Notes: a model not told the origin generated them from the sequence alone. Shown: positions 32,700-45,971, counted from the first letter of the stretch. The stretch is DNA of 64,000 nt from the human T2T-CHM13v2.0 reference genome, Homo sapiens (GCF_009914755.1 NC_060930.1), one strand, 5' to 3'. A program made the numbers and translations.

Positions 32700-33900
32700 T
32701 CACCTCCTTCACCATCACCATCACATCAGCAACATCATCATTACCATTATCACCACCATCACCACATCACCAACATTACCACCATCACCACATCACCACC
32801 AGCATCATTACCACCATCACATCACCACCACCATCACTACCATCACATCACCACGATCATTACCAACATCACATCACCACCACCATCATTACTACCATCA
32901 CATCACCACCACCATCATTACTACCATCACATCACCACCACCATCATTACTACCATCACATCACCACATCACCACCACCATCACTACTACCATCACATCA
33001 CCACCATCATCATTATCAACATCACATCACCACCACCATCATTACTACTATCACATCACCACCACCATCATTATTACCATCACCACATCACCACCAGCAT
33101 CATTACCACCATCACCACATCACCACCACCATCATTACTACCATCACATCACCACCAGCATCATTACCACCATCACATCACCACCACCATCACTACCATC
33201 ACATTACCACCATCATTACCAACATCACCACATCACCACCACCATCATTACTACCATCACCACATCACCACCACCATCATTACTACCATCACATCACCAC
33301 CACCATTACTACCATCACATCACCACCAGCATCATTACCACCATCACATCACCACCACCATCATTACTACCATCACATCACCATCATCATTACCAACATC
33401 ACCACATCACCACCACCATCATTACTACCATCACCACATCACCACCACCATCATTACTACCATCACATCACCACCACCATCATTACCACCATCACCACAC
33501 CACTACCAGCATCATTACCACCATCACATCACCACCACCATCATTATGACCATCACATCACCACGACCATCACATCACCACCACCACCATTACCACCATC
33601 ACATCACCATCATTGCCACCATCACATCACCATCGTCAGCATCACATCACCACCAGCAACATTACCACCATCACATCACCACTACCATCATTACCATCAC
33701 ATCATCACTACCATCACCAGATCACTGTCACCATCATTACCACATCTATCACATAATCCTCATCACCACTGCTACCCTCATGACCACATCATTACTACCA
33801 GCGGCCCTAGCCCCATCCTCTCATCTCTACTCCAATCACCCCTGTCACCATCACTTCCATCACCAGGATCCCACCTCCCTTACTATTATACCATCCACCA
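32700..33900. repeat. CAC/CAT-based minisatellite, ~29-32-bp unit CACATCACCACCACCATCATTACTACCAT
   Basis: Direct reading; the + strand is almost G-free. Confidence 0.9.
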
Positions 33901-34064
33901 CCCTACTTACCACTGCAATTGATTTTGTCATTGCCACCATCAACAGTGTAGGAAATGACTACATGGGTTGCAGCAATGGTTAATGGTCACTGAAGCCCCA
34001 ATTAAGATGGGTAGGTCATCTGAGGTCACTCAGTGGGGCGGGGGCAAAAGAGTAAAAGGCCTAA

Positions 34065-34556
<492 letters not shown>

Positions 34557-34842
34557 TGAGCTCAGGTTAGAATTCCCAGGTTGGAGGGGTGGGAGGATGG
34601 TTAAAATATAATCAAAACCAGCTCTTAACTGGTGATTCAGAGTTGATCTATCCATCCTCTGGTTAGACTCAGCATTTCATACCTGCCTGTCCAGCTCCAT
34701 CATCAGCCATCATGGTCACTGTCACCATCATTCTTCAATGACATCAGAGAAGAGAGCTTCCATATGAGGTAGGGCCAGGGAATAAGATGGAGCCAGAGGT
34801 AAAATTAATGCCAAATTACTCTCTGGAGAAAGGGGCTGCAGA

Positions 34843-35157
<315 letters not shown>

Positions 35158-36873
35158 TAGATTTGAGTTTCCTAGGAGCCAATGTCAGGAGGGAGAGGTA
35201 ACCACTGCATGATTATCAGCTATTTCTGATATTAAAGCAGGAGAGAAATTCCCATTGTGAAAACTAAGGCGTCACAGCCAATGGCTGAGGTTGGCCTCGT
35301 TAGCTGTCTTCTCTGGCTGTGAAAAAACTTCAGAGTATTACCCTGTGGAGCCACTGGATGGGACATGGAGATGGGGTGACCACAAAACTTACCTCTCAGG
35401 AGCTGCAAAGTGTTATGGTATTTTATACATTTTATATTAATAATATCATTACATAGTATTAAATGAGGGAGGAACCAACAGTGTGAGGTCACACGTGAGT
35501 GAGGATGAGAAGGGTGGAGGTGTCTCCCCTTGAGCTGGTCTTCAGGGAGGTTTGGGCATCCACTTGGTGAATGAGGAGGAAGCCACATTGTCCAAGGGAC
35601 CACACTAGGGTGTGACATGCCAATGAGCTGGTGTGTGCAGAGAACTAGAGGGAAGGGAGCATGTTGGAGAGGGGTCAGGGGTGGACTGGGGGAGAGGATC
35701 TAGTCCTAGGGAAGTCATAAGGGCCAAGCTAAGGAGCTAGACTTTCCCCCTCAGGCAGTAGAAGCTGGTGAAGGGTTTTAAACAGGGATGTGACCCTCTT
35801 AGATTTGTGTTTAAATGTTCACTGTGGCCAGTGTATGGAGAATGGGTTGAAAGGGGTGAGACTGGAGACAGGGAGGGTTAGCTTATTTTAACCCTCCTGT
35901 AAGCTCCCTAAGGGTAGGGACCGTGTCTGAGGCATCTATGTACCCTCTAGAATGGCGAGGATGCACTAGAGACTCAAACATTTCTTCTTATTGTCACCCC
36001 CTGTCACTGCCACCACCATTAGCTGCCTCTTGCTTCACTCCATGGCTGTCAGCACCCCCATTAACACACGCCATGCCATCGATTTAGCTCCTTTCCCAGC
36101 GCTTTCTCAGGGATCCCAGCCTGGAGCAGACTGGGACATCACCAGCTCAGCAGCTTAGGTCAAAAGTGAGATTCCTGGTCTGGAGTCAGGGGACCTGGTC
36201 TTTTCTTCAGCTCTGCTGCTGAGTCATTGTGTGACCCCAGCAGGTCCCCTCCCTGTCTTTAGTTTTCTGACCTGTTCAAAGTAGGAGCTGGATTAAACCA
36301 GTGGGTCTGCCAGCTAAGTGTTTGGAGAATCAGATGAGAATAAACCAGACATTGCTGGTTTCTGCTGTACTTTTGCTGCAGGGACCATGATTGAGAATTG
36401 AGTGGGAGGGTCAGATTGAACATTTGAGTCTTAGGTATTGCATGTACCTTTGACAAGACCTTGGTAACTCCCCCTCCCCCATTCCCTACCCCTCCAAAAG
36501 GTAATCTTAGGCATTGCAGGTACCTTGGCAACATGTCCCCCGCCATTCCCTATCCCTCCAAAAGGTAATTTAGGAAGCTGCTGGAAATAGGGGAATGGGA
36601 CAGGCAGTTGGAACCATATGTATGGGGAGAGTCCCTGAGTGAAGTGGGAATGGGATGAGCCTGGGATCCTCAGAGACATCAAGTTGCCCGGTGTGATCAC
36701 AGGTGTGTCTTAGGCCAGGGCATCAGCTCCCAGCAGGGGAGAGGGATGCGAGGAGGCCTCATGGCTCAGCAGAAAGAAACCTGGTTAGGATCCAGCTTTC
36801 AGTCCTGAATCCTGGGCTGTCGGCCAGGCCATGGCTGTAGCTGCAAATAGGCAAGGCTGACCTAAGGTCTCAC

Positions 36874-36886
36874 AGGACAAAGGGCA
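36874..36886 (+). promoter_or_regulatory. SLC22A7: DR1 (HNF4A-type) element in the SLC22A7 promoter
   Basis: AGGACA-A-AGGGCA, 425 bp upstream of the ATG. OAT2 is known to be transactivated by HNF4A through a promoter DR1. Confidence 0.7.
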
Positions 36887-37298
36887 CCCTGGGAGAGCTG
36901 GCCCCAGGCCCCAGGGGCCTCCTCTTCTTAGGGATCCTGGGAGCTCTGCTGACCAAGGGGCTAGGGGCTCACCTCCTATGCCATCACCCAGCTACCTCAT
37001 CATGGTAGCCTTGGTCCCTGAACACTAATGGGTAAGCCCCAGAGCCACGAGCCAGTGACCTCTGAATGGATGGCTTCCCCTTCCCCCAGGCACCAGGCAA
37101 GACAGGTAGAGGTCCCTGGAGACCTGATGGCTGGGGAGGGCCCAGTCCTGGGCCAGCCCCTGAGGGCTGGATTCTGGCTGCAGGCTCTCCAGTCCATCCA
37201 CTCCCACCTCCAGAGTCCAAGGGTCTATGTGGTGGGCAGTTTGAGCTGGCTGGATACTAGAGGGAGGCTGCACCTGAAGCATTTGGTGGGTGAGCAGC

Positions 37299-37691
37299 AT
37301 GGGCTTTGAGGAGCTGCTGGAGCAGGTGGGCGGCTTTGGGCCCTTCCAACTGCGGAATGTGGCACTGCTGGCCCTGCCCCGAGTGCTGCTACCACTGCAC
37401 TTCCTCCTGCCCATCTTCCTGGCTGCCGTGCCTGCCCACCGATGTGCCCTGCCGGGTGCCCCTGCCAACTTCAGCCATCAGGATGTGTGGCTGGAGGCCC
37501 ATCTTCCCCGGGAGCCTGATGGCACGCTCAGCTCCTGCCTCCGCTTTGCCTATCCCCAGGCTCTCCCCAACACCACGTTGGGGGAAGAAAGGCAGAGCCG
37601 TGGGGAGCTGGAGGATGAACCTGCCACAGTGCCCTGCTCTCAGGGCTGGGAGTACGACCACTCAGAATTCTCCTCTACCATTGCAACTGAG
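37299..37691 (+). CDS. SLC22A7: SLC22A7 (OAT2) exon 1, [17 protein letters not shown]...STIATE
   Basis: Classic SLC22 N-terminus; GAG|gtactt donor; 393 nt. Confidence 0.97.
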
Positions 37692-38031
37692 GTACTTAAG
37701 CCCAGAAGTTGAGAGACATGTGAGAGGGATGGGCCTGCCATTGCCTTGGGTGGTTACTGTGTAGGCATTAGATGTATTACTTTACCTCTTAAAGTCTCAG
37801 TTTACCAATCTGTAGATGGGGGCTATGAATATAAGGCACTTTTAGTTCATGGCTTGTAGTAACAGGATCCTACACAAGAACTGTTATCATCATCATTAAT
37901 TGGGAGGTGATTAAGGCAGGGAAGGGCTAAAGTGGCTTCAGGGAGTTGAGACAAAGAGCTGAGAAGGCAATTTCTGCAGCAAGAGGTGGAGAAACAATAG
38001 AGGCCTTCTTTTCTCCCTTCCTCTTTTCCAG

Positions 38032-38037
38032 TCCCAG
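38032..38037 (+). CDS. SLC22A7: SLC22A7 6-nt microexon TCCCAG (Ser-Gln)
   Basis: Strong polypyrimidine tract ...ctcttttccag|TCCCAG|gtcggt; phase 0/0; explains the known 548- versus 546-aa OAT2 forms. Confidence 0.85.
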
Positions 38038-38329
38038 GTCGGTATTTACATAATCCATCTGGAGGTGGAATGTCGGTGGAGGCAGTCTCCCTGGGAGGCA
38101 GCAGGTCGAGGCCTTCCTTGGGAAGAAGCTGAGGCTGCAGGACTGGGGAGGGACAAAGTTTCCTATTCCCCAAGCTGGCGTGAATCGTTGGGAGGTTTAT
38201 TATCTGGCATGGAGGTACCAGAATGGCAGAGTTCGCCTCAGAAGGCTCCAGGGTCTGGAGAGGAGGAGCTGGTGCCTGCTGGAGAGGGGCTGATGTTCAT
38301 AGGAGGTCCCTTTCTGCCTGTCCTTGCAG

Positions 38330-38433
38330 TGGGATCTGGTGTGTGAGCAGAAAGGTCTGAACAGAGCTGCGTCCACTTTCTTCTTCGCCGGTGTGCTGGT
38401 GGGGGCTGTGGCCTTTGGATATCTGTCCGACAG
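38330..38433 (+). CDS. SLC22A7: SLC22A7 exon 2 (WDLVCEQKG...GYLSDR)
   Basis: ag/gt boundaries; 104 nt; WDLVC motif. Confidence 0.96.
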
Positions 38434-38566
38434 GTGGGGTGAGGCACTGGGCCAATAAGAAACTGGCTGGGGGAACTTTCTCCCACTAGCTGGGGTATGA
38501 GCCTAGTCTACCTATGCCTTAGAACCTCCTTCCACAGGGAACTGACCCTGCATGACCCCTTTGCAG

Positions 38567-38721
38567 GTTTGGGCGGCGGCGTCTGCTGCTGGTAGCCTAC
38601 GTGAGTACCCTGGTGCTGGGCCTGGCATCTGCAGCCTCCGTCAGCTATGTAATGTTTGCCATCACCCGCACCCTTACTGGCTCAGCCCTGGCTGGTTTTA
38701 CCATCATCGTGATGCCACTGG
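38567..38721 (+). CDS. SLC22A7: SLC22A7 exon 3 (FGRRRLLL...IVMPL)
   Basis: ag/gt boundaries; 155 nt; MFS DRFGRR motif spans the junction. Confidence 0.96.
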
Positions 38722-38837
38722 GTGAGGCAGGCAAGAAACAGGCAGGACCTAGAGGGCTGGAAGAAGGCAGTTGTCAGAGTGAGGCTGAGCCCATCTGGTC
38801 CTCACTAACCATCTTCCTGTCTCCTGTCCTGGCCCAG

Positions 38838-39006
38838 AGCTGGAGTGGCTGGATGTGGAGCACCGCACCGTGGCTGGAGTCCTGAGCAGCACCTTCTGGA
38901 CAGGGGGCGTGATGCTGCTGGCACTGGTTGGGTACCTGATACGGGACTGGCGATGGCTTCTGCTAGCTGTCACCCTGCCTTGTGCCCCAGGCATCCTCAG
39001 CCTCTG
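38838..39006 (+). CDS. SLC22A7: SLC22A7 exon 4 ([10 protein letters not shown]...ILSL)
   Basis: ag/gt boundaries; 169 nt. Confidence 0.95.
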
Positions 39007-39513
39007 GTGAGGACTGCAGGCAGCTGGGGAGCGGGAGATACAGGAAGTGAAAGATGAGATTAATCAGAGCCTGAGATTTGAGGATAGAGAGATTGAGAGA
39101 TGAAGGGAAAGAGAAACGAAGTGACCAAGAGACAGAAAGAGACACAGAGAAAAAGAGACAGAGAGACAGAGATCAACAGAAAGAAGATGGCAAGGAAAAG
39201 TGAGAAACAGAGAACAAGATACAGAGAGTCAGAGATAAAGACAGAGCCAAACATAAATTGAGGCTGGCCCCTTGGAGAGTTGGGGATAGGGGCAGGGCCA
39301 GCATGGGGGTGGGGAGCTCAGGCAGGAGAGTGGGAGGACAGGCAGGGTGGGCACTACATTGCCTCCTAAAGATGACTTGGCCTTGGATGACCCTTCTGGA
39401 TATGTCTACATGTCTGTCCCTCCTTCATCTCATTCCCTCCTGCCACCCATGGGAGAAGTGAGTGGCTGGTGCTGGGAGCTGGTCTTGAGGGTAAGGACAA
39501 TTCAGTTGAATAA

Positions 39514-39878
<365 letters not shown>

Positions 39879-40074
39879 AGAGGTGGCTTTTAAACTGGGC
39901 ATTAAAAGATGAATAAGAGCTCATCAAGTGTGGAGGGCTTGGGGAGGAGATGATGTTCCAGGCTAAGGGGACTACATGAGCAAGAGCCTGGAAGTTGAGA
40001 GCCTGTAGTATGTCCAGGAACATGTGGCTTAGGGTCATGACTTTCTGGCTGATGGACCTTCTGCCTATTCCTAG

Positions 40075-40198
40075 GTGGGTGCCTGAGTCTGCACGCTGGC
40101 TTCTGACCCAAGGCCATGTGAAAGAGGCCCACAGGTACTTGCTCCACTGTGCCAGGCTCAATGGGCGGCCAGTGTGTGAGGACAGCTTCAGCCAGGAG
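40075..40198 (+). CDS. SLC22A7: SLC22A7 exon 5 ([10 protein letters not shown]...SFSQE)
   Basis: ag/gt boundaries; 124 nt; PESARWL motif. Confidence 0.96.
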
Positions 40199-40522
40199 GT
40201 GAGGGTGAACGTGTGTGTGAGCATGCATATCTGTGTGTGGTGGGGAGTGGGCTGTGTCAAGTGCCTCCCTCCCAGAGCCCACCATATATGGCAGGAAAAG
40301 CCCCTGGGCCCCCACAGAGAGTTCCGAACTCTTTAGGATGTCCTACCTGGCTCCAGTGGGCCACATCCATCATTCGAGACAAACTCGTCTCAGCTGCCAT
40401 GAGCATCTCCATCCCCACCACTGCAGATGGGAGGAATAGAGAGGGGTGGGGGGAGAGTACTGTGTCCCATTGAGATCACATAGCCAACTCTGATGTTACA
40501 ACCTCACCTCCTTCCCTACCAG

Positions 40523-40632
40523 GCTGTGAGCAAAGTGGCCGCCGGGGAACGGGTGGTCCGAAGACCTTCATACCTAGACCTGTTCCGCACACCACGGCTC
40601 CGACACATCTCACTGTGCTGCGTGGTGGTGTG
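40523..40632 (+). CDS. SLC22A7: SLC22A7 exon 6 (AVSKVAAG...DLFRTPRLR...CVVV)
   Basis: ag/gt boundaries; 110 nt; DLFRTP motif. Confidence 0.95.
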
Positions 40633-41139
40633 GTGAGGAGGCTGGCTTGGGTCTGGCATGGGTGTGGTGGGAGGGAGGAGCAAACTCCAGGCTGGTGCTG
40701 AGTGTGAGAAGGGCTCTGAGGGACAAGTAGAGTGTCACTGTGGAGGGCAGGAGGATAAACCTCCATGGGCGATCTGCCTGGGGAAGTCAGAAAATGAAGC
40801 AGGTAGCAGAGACACATGGGTTCAAGCTCAGACTCCCACTTCCTTACTTGGAAAGGGACAGATGACTTAGCCACTCAGAGCCCCAGTGTCCCTTCTGTAA
40901 AACGGACTGTTGTCAGTTCCATGTCAGGGTTGCTGTGAAAATTAGGGTAAAGGCGCTTTGACTACTGGCGCATGCTGCACAGAGGGCATTATGGATGTCA
41001 GGGAAGGTCCTGGCGGGGGGACCGGGGGTTGCAGAGACAGAAGGAGATTGCCCTTGTAAAATGCCAAGTCTTCCTGAGAAGAGAGGCCAAAGAGGGATGG
41101 GAAGGAGGGTCCGCCAAGTGGCACTGAGACTCCTTTCAG

Positions 41140-41354
41140 GTTCGGAGTGAACTTCTCCTATTACGGCCTGAGTCTGGATGTGTCGGGGCTGGGGCTGAAC
41201 GTGTACCAGACACAGCTGTTGTTCGGGGCTGTGGAACTGCCCTCCAAGCTGCTGGTCTACTTGTCGGTGCGCTACGCAGGACGCCGCCTCACGCAAGCCG
41301 GGACACTGCTGGGCACGGCCCTGGCGTTCGGCACTAGACTGCTAGTGTCCTCCG
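41140..41354 (+). CDS. SLC22A7: SLC22A7 exon 7 ([12 protein letters not shown]...LVSS)
   Basis: ag/gt boundaries; 215 nt. Confidence 0.96.
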
Positions 41355-41594
41355 GTGAGCCCAGTCCCATAGGTTCTGCCCACCCCAGAAGCCGGGCCAG
41401 GAACCCTGCCCACTCCCCGGAGACCCCACCTCCTGGCCAAGAACCCACTCCTCCCCCAGATCCCTGCTCTTACCCAGTGAGCTCAGACTCTCCACCACTT
41501 AAGTTTGGCCCACTCTGGAGACTCCGCGCCCTATCCAGAACACCCCTGGCTCTCCTCCAAGGCCCTCTCACTACCTGAACCCGCTTCCCTCCAG

Positions 41595-41703
41595 ATATGA
41601 AGTCCTGGAGCACTGTCCTGGCAGTGATGGGGAAAGCTTTTTCTGAAGCTGCCTTCACCACTGCCTACCTGTTCACTTCAGAGTTGTACCCTACGGTGCT
41701 CAG
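41595..41703 (+). CDS. SLC22A7: SLC22A7 exon 8 (MKSWST...SELYPTVL)
   Basis: ag/gt boundaries; 109 nt; ELYPTVLR motif. Confidence 0.96.
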
Positions 41704-42118
41704 GTGAGGAAGCCTGCAACTGATCTGGGGGTATGGGGCTTGTTAGTCACGTGTCTTAACCAACACTTCTACATACACGCACCACAACCTGGTCTCTCAC
41801 TCATTTTTTTTTTAATTTTAATTTTTGGTAGAGACGGGGTCTTGCTATATTACCCAGACTGGTCTCAAACTCCTGGTCTCAAGCGATCCTCCCGCCTCAG
41901 CCTCCAAAAGTGCTCGTATTACAGGCACTATTACAGGCATGAGCCACCGCACCCAGCCTCTCACTCGTTCTCCACACTACACCCAGAATACAGAGCTAAT
42001 CAGGGCCCTCTGTGTTTGCCCTAGTCTTGGAGAAGGCAGAGCATCTTATCTTCTGTACTATGTGACCCTGAGCCACGTCAGACATCCTCTCTGGGCCTCC
42101 TTAAGAAAACAACCCCAA

Positions 42119-42491
<373 letters not shown>

Positions 42492-42977
42492 TCACCCCTG
42501 GAAGGCAGAGATGCCCTTGAGGACTGTCCCAAGAGCAACCCCTTGAAAGGCCCGGGGTTGGGGGGGTCTTTCAGCTAGCTACTGAGAGGTGGGAAGAGGA
42601 AAATTCTAGGCATCTGGTCATGTTTAGAAAGAGGTTTGCCTCCTCGAACAACATGGCAGGGCCTGTACAAACTACTGACCTTCTTCCTTCCACATCACCC
42701 TTTCCTTATCTCCCAGTCTGGTGACTTGTCTTCTCTTTTAGTGATACCTAATTGGTACTCTGTCAGAATGGGGGCCCTGTCCTCTGGTGGGTGCTGGCTT
42801 GAGGTCTCCTGGCCTGAAGGTGGGTGGGAAGACCAACTGAAAGAAGTCCTAGTTTTCTTAGCTATATGGGGAGAAGGGAGTATCAGGGCCTGCCAGCCCT
42901 GGAGGGAAGCCCTGTGGGGCATGACTCCAGGTAGGTGTGAACACCATCTGCCTCCCTCATCCTCTTTCTCTGAACAG

Positions 42978-43184
42978 ACAGACAGGGATGGGGCTGACTG
43001 CACTGGTGGGCCGGCTGGGGGGCTCTTTGGCCCCACTGGCGGCCTTGCTGGATGGAGTGTGGCTGTCACTGCCCAAGCTTACTTATGGGGGGATCGCCCT
43101 GCTGGCTGCCGGCACCGCCCTCCTGCTGCCAGAGACGAGGCAGGCACAGCTGCCAGAGACCATCCAGGACGTGGAGAGAAAGAG
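42978..43184 (+). CDS. SLC22A7: SLC22A7 exon 9 (QTGMGLTA...LLPET...VERK)
   Basis: ag/gt boundaries; 207 nt; LLPET motif. Confidence 0.96.
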
Positions 43185-43610
43185 GTGTGTGCACAGGACT
43201 GTGTCTGTGTACGTGTGATAACATGCATATGGATGCAGGTGCTCAGATACCTGACACCTTAGGATTCAGACAGGAAACTATATCTGCACATGTGTACTTG
43301 GTGCATGTATGTGTGCGTGCACAGGTGAGTGTTTCAGGGTGCATGATTGGGGGCATGTAAACTGCAAGCATAAATGTGTACATGAGTGTATGAACACAAA
43401 TACATAAGGTTGTTCAGGAAGATGTGTATGTGTGCACACTCAAGTATGCCTACACATCAGGGGTGTGTACAAGCATGTGTGTGAGTCACTTGTACAGGCG
43501 TTTGTATACCAGGAACTGGGGTGAGCCCTGGGACAGCCCTGATGGGGCAGGCTGGGGTGGTAGGCTCGGGGATTAAACCCCACCATTGCTCACAACTCCT
43601 TCCTCCCTAG

Positions 43611-43665
43611 TGCCCCAACCAGTCTTCAGGAGGAAGAGATGCCCATGAAGCAGGTCCAGAACTAA
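43611..43665 (+). CDS. SLC22A7: SLC22A7 exon 10 (APTSLQEEEMPMKQVQN*)
   Basis: ccctag acceptor; TAA at 43663-43665. The ten exons total 1641 nt = 546 aa plus stop. Confidence 0.95.
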
Positions 43666-43901
43666 GTGGGAGTGGAGGCAGGCCCTCCACAGAAGCTCTG
43701 CAGCAGGGGCTGGGAGAGCAGAAGGGCAGGCCCTGCAACTCAGGCTGGGAGTATCGAACCCTCTGCCTAGGGCCGGAGTTGCTGCCAGTACCCGCTCCCT
43801 CTGCTCATCCATCCTTGATTATTTGGCTTCTAGGAACAGTTGACTTCCCAGAATGCAGTGGGCTGCTGGGCACCCCTCTCACGGTTGGGGAGGATTCTGT
43901 A

Positions 43902-43907
43902 AATAAA
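43902..43907 (+). terminator. SLC22A7: Proximal poly(A) signal candidate, SLC22A7
   Basis: AATAAA. Confidence 0.55.
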
Positions 43908-44424
43908 GGTGCCCCTTGGGTTGGGGCAGTGGTGACGAGCTGTGGGAAGAGCCCTGGATAGGAAGCCACTGAGTCTGCCCTGGGCTCTGATAAAACCTTC
44001 ACCATTAACTTGCTGTGTGACCTTGGGCATGTGGCTTTCCCTCTCTGGGCCTCAGTCTGTTCATCTCCCAAATGGATAATGAAGCCTCTTGGGAGGCCCT
44101 ACCATAGGATCTGTTGCCATGCTCAAATGAGTTACTGAATAAGGTGCTTCTGCTTCTTCTAGAGATGGTGCTAAAGAAAGGACTAGCATATGAGACTTCT
44201 GGTACCAATGGGGCTGGTGGGCATGCTGTCCACTGTGTGGTGCTAGGACTGCCAATGCCAGGCCCAAGGGACAAAAAGAACAGAGCTTTTTGTTCTCATG
44301 GCTGGCCCTGCTACCTCCGAGGCACCCTGCAGGGCAATGCATGTCATCCCAACCCCCACACTCCCCATCCTCCAACCCACTGGTCTCATGCCCAAAGAAG
44401 AGTTGAAGGCATGGGAGCCAACAT

Positions 44425-44430
44425 TTTATT
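44425..44430 (-). terminator. CRIP3: CRIP3 poly(A) signal
   Basis: tttatt on + is AATAAA on -, ~325 nt past the CRIP3 stop. Confidence 0.75.
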
Positions 44431-44455
44431 GAAGAAGCCACAGAGGCTGAAATTC

Positions 44456-44461
44456 AATAAA
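44456..44461 (+). terminator. SLC22A7: Distal poly(A) signal, SLC22A7
   Basis: AATAAA. Confidence 0.65.
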
Positions 44462-44753
44462 CACAAGTTTTATGAGTACCTTGAAGCTCCAGAATGTGCT
44501 GGGGAAAGGGGTTGTGATGGCCAGGAGGAGGATACCCTTCAAAACGGGCTGTTCCCTAACCAGATAGAAATGGGAAAGGGAAAAAATTGGCAGAGAAAGT
44601 CTAGACTCTCTGGCCTACCATGGAGCCTAGGCCCAGGCCCCCAAGATCCCACCTTCCCCAACCCCCATGGGACTGGAGATTTTTGTAGCTTCCATTGGAC
44701 CATGAGGGGCATGATGGGAGGCCTGAGTTAGGGTGACCTTTTTTGTGAGCGTC

Positions 44754-44815
44754 TCATTTGAATTTTATCTTCACTGGGTCATAGATGTAGCAGCCCACAT
44801 CGCCAGTGTTCACAC
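44754..44815 (-). CDS. CRIP3: CRIP3 exon 8 (GVNTGDVGCYIYDPVKIKFK*)
   Basis: 62 nt; the eight exons total 615 nt = 204 aa plus stop. Confidence 0.93.
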
Positions 44816-45006
44816 CTGAGAGAGAGAGCCCTATCACCAAAGGCCCTGGGTCTGTGGTGCAGGGTTCAGGCCTAGAGGGAACTTGGTGGGGGGGCCAGGG
44901 TATGCTTAACCACAGGGGAAGTTGTCCACACATACCCACAGACCATGTACATGCCATACTTCAGGCATGTACATGCCATCCCAGTGTCTGGGATGGGGCT
45001 GCCCAC

Positions 45007-45064
45007 CTTTGGGGCCAAACAGGTAGCCGTAGCAGGGGACGTGGCAGTAGGGGACTCCATCATG
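45007..45064 (-). CDS. CRIP3: CRIP3 exon 7 (HDGVPYCHVPCYGYLFGPK)
   Basis: 58 nt; ag/gt boundaries. Confidence 0.95.
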
Positions 45065-45158
45065 CTGAGACACAGAGAGAAAGAGAGCTGTCTCAGCCTG
45101 GTTCTCTTCCCATCTCCAGCCTCCTCCCAACATAACCACTCATTCCTGCCCTGCTCAC

Positions 45159-45253
45159 CTCAGCATGACTCCCAGCAGTCAGGGTCTTGTGGCAACGCTG
45201 GCACCTCAGACACGGTCGGTGCCAATTTCTGCCTAATGACATCACCTTCTCAG
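45159..45253 (-). CDS. CRIP3: CRIP3 exon 6 (AEKVMSLGRNWHRPCLRCQRC...SHAE)
   Basis: 95 nt; LIM2. Confidence 0.95.
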
Positions 45254-45385
45254 CTGGTGGTGGAAAGAAGTGGTAATGCTTCCATTCTAGGGGTAGAGTA
45301 GGGAGACCTACCTGCCTTGGATCACCTCCCTCCCCCTTGCTGCCCACCCTGTATCCCCCTCCCCAAGTTTTCCACTGTTACTTAC

Positions 45386-45457
45386 CAAAATAGACGGGCT
45401 CCCCACAGCCAGGGCACAGCGAGGTCTCCCCAGTGAATGTCTTCATATGGGGAGGGC
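45386..45457 (-). CDS. CRIP3: CRIP3 exon 5 (SPPHMKTFTGETSLCPGCGEPVYF)
   Basis: 72 nt; ag/gt boundaries. Confidence 0.93.
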
Positions 45458-45971
45458 CTTTAAAGGGGAAGAGGCCCTGGCTATGTCTGAGGTGGAGATG
45501 CCCACCAGCACCTGCCTGCATATGGTGCTGTCCTCTTTCAAAAGCCATGCTCATTCCAGAGTGCCCCACCCAGGCGCCCAAGAGTCTGCCTTCTACAGGC
45601 CCAGAGCTGAGCCCCCTCTGACTCCACCTCCTGCCCCATCCCTATGTGTATTAGGGACTATCTGCTTCCTTCTCCTGCTTCCTTTTCATCCTCCCAGGGG
45701 CTCACGTACCCACCATCCCAACCCTGTTAGCAACTCAATCCTCAGGAAACTTGAGCTGATATAGGAGCTGGCCACAGCACGGGTGTCAGGTGTTGGGGAG
45801 CACAGTGTCATTGCCTACTTCAGGGAATGGAGGGAAAGAACAGGGACCAGAGGAGAAAAGTTGAAGAATATGAGAGGCTGGCCTTATCCCAATGACTCCT
45901 CTCCTTTAGATCATTCCTTCCATGGCCCTGGCCTGGGACAGACCTAAGTTCCTGGCCAGCTTTGCCTCTGA

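Noticed and set aside
32649-33983. 444-aa and 416-aa His/Thr/Pro-rich ORFs
   Set aside because: By-products of a stop-free tandem repeat; no splice or promoter support.
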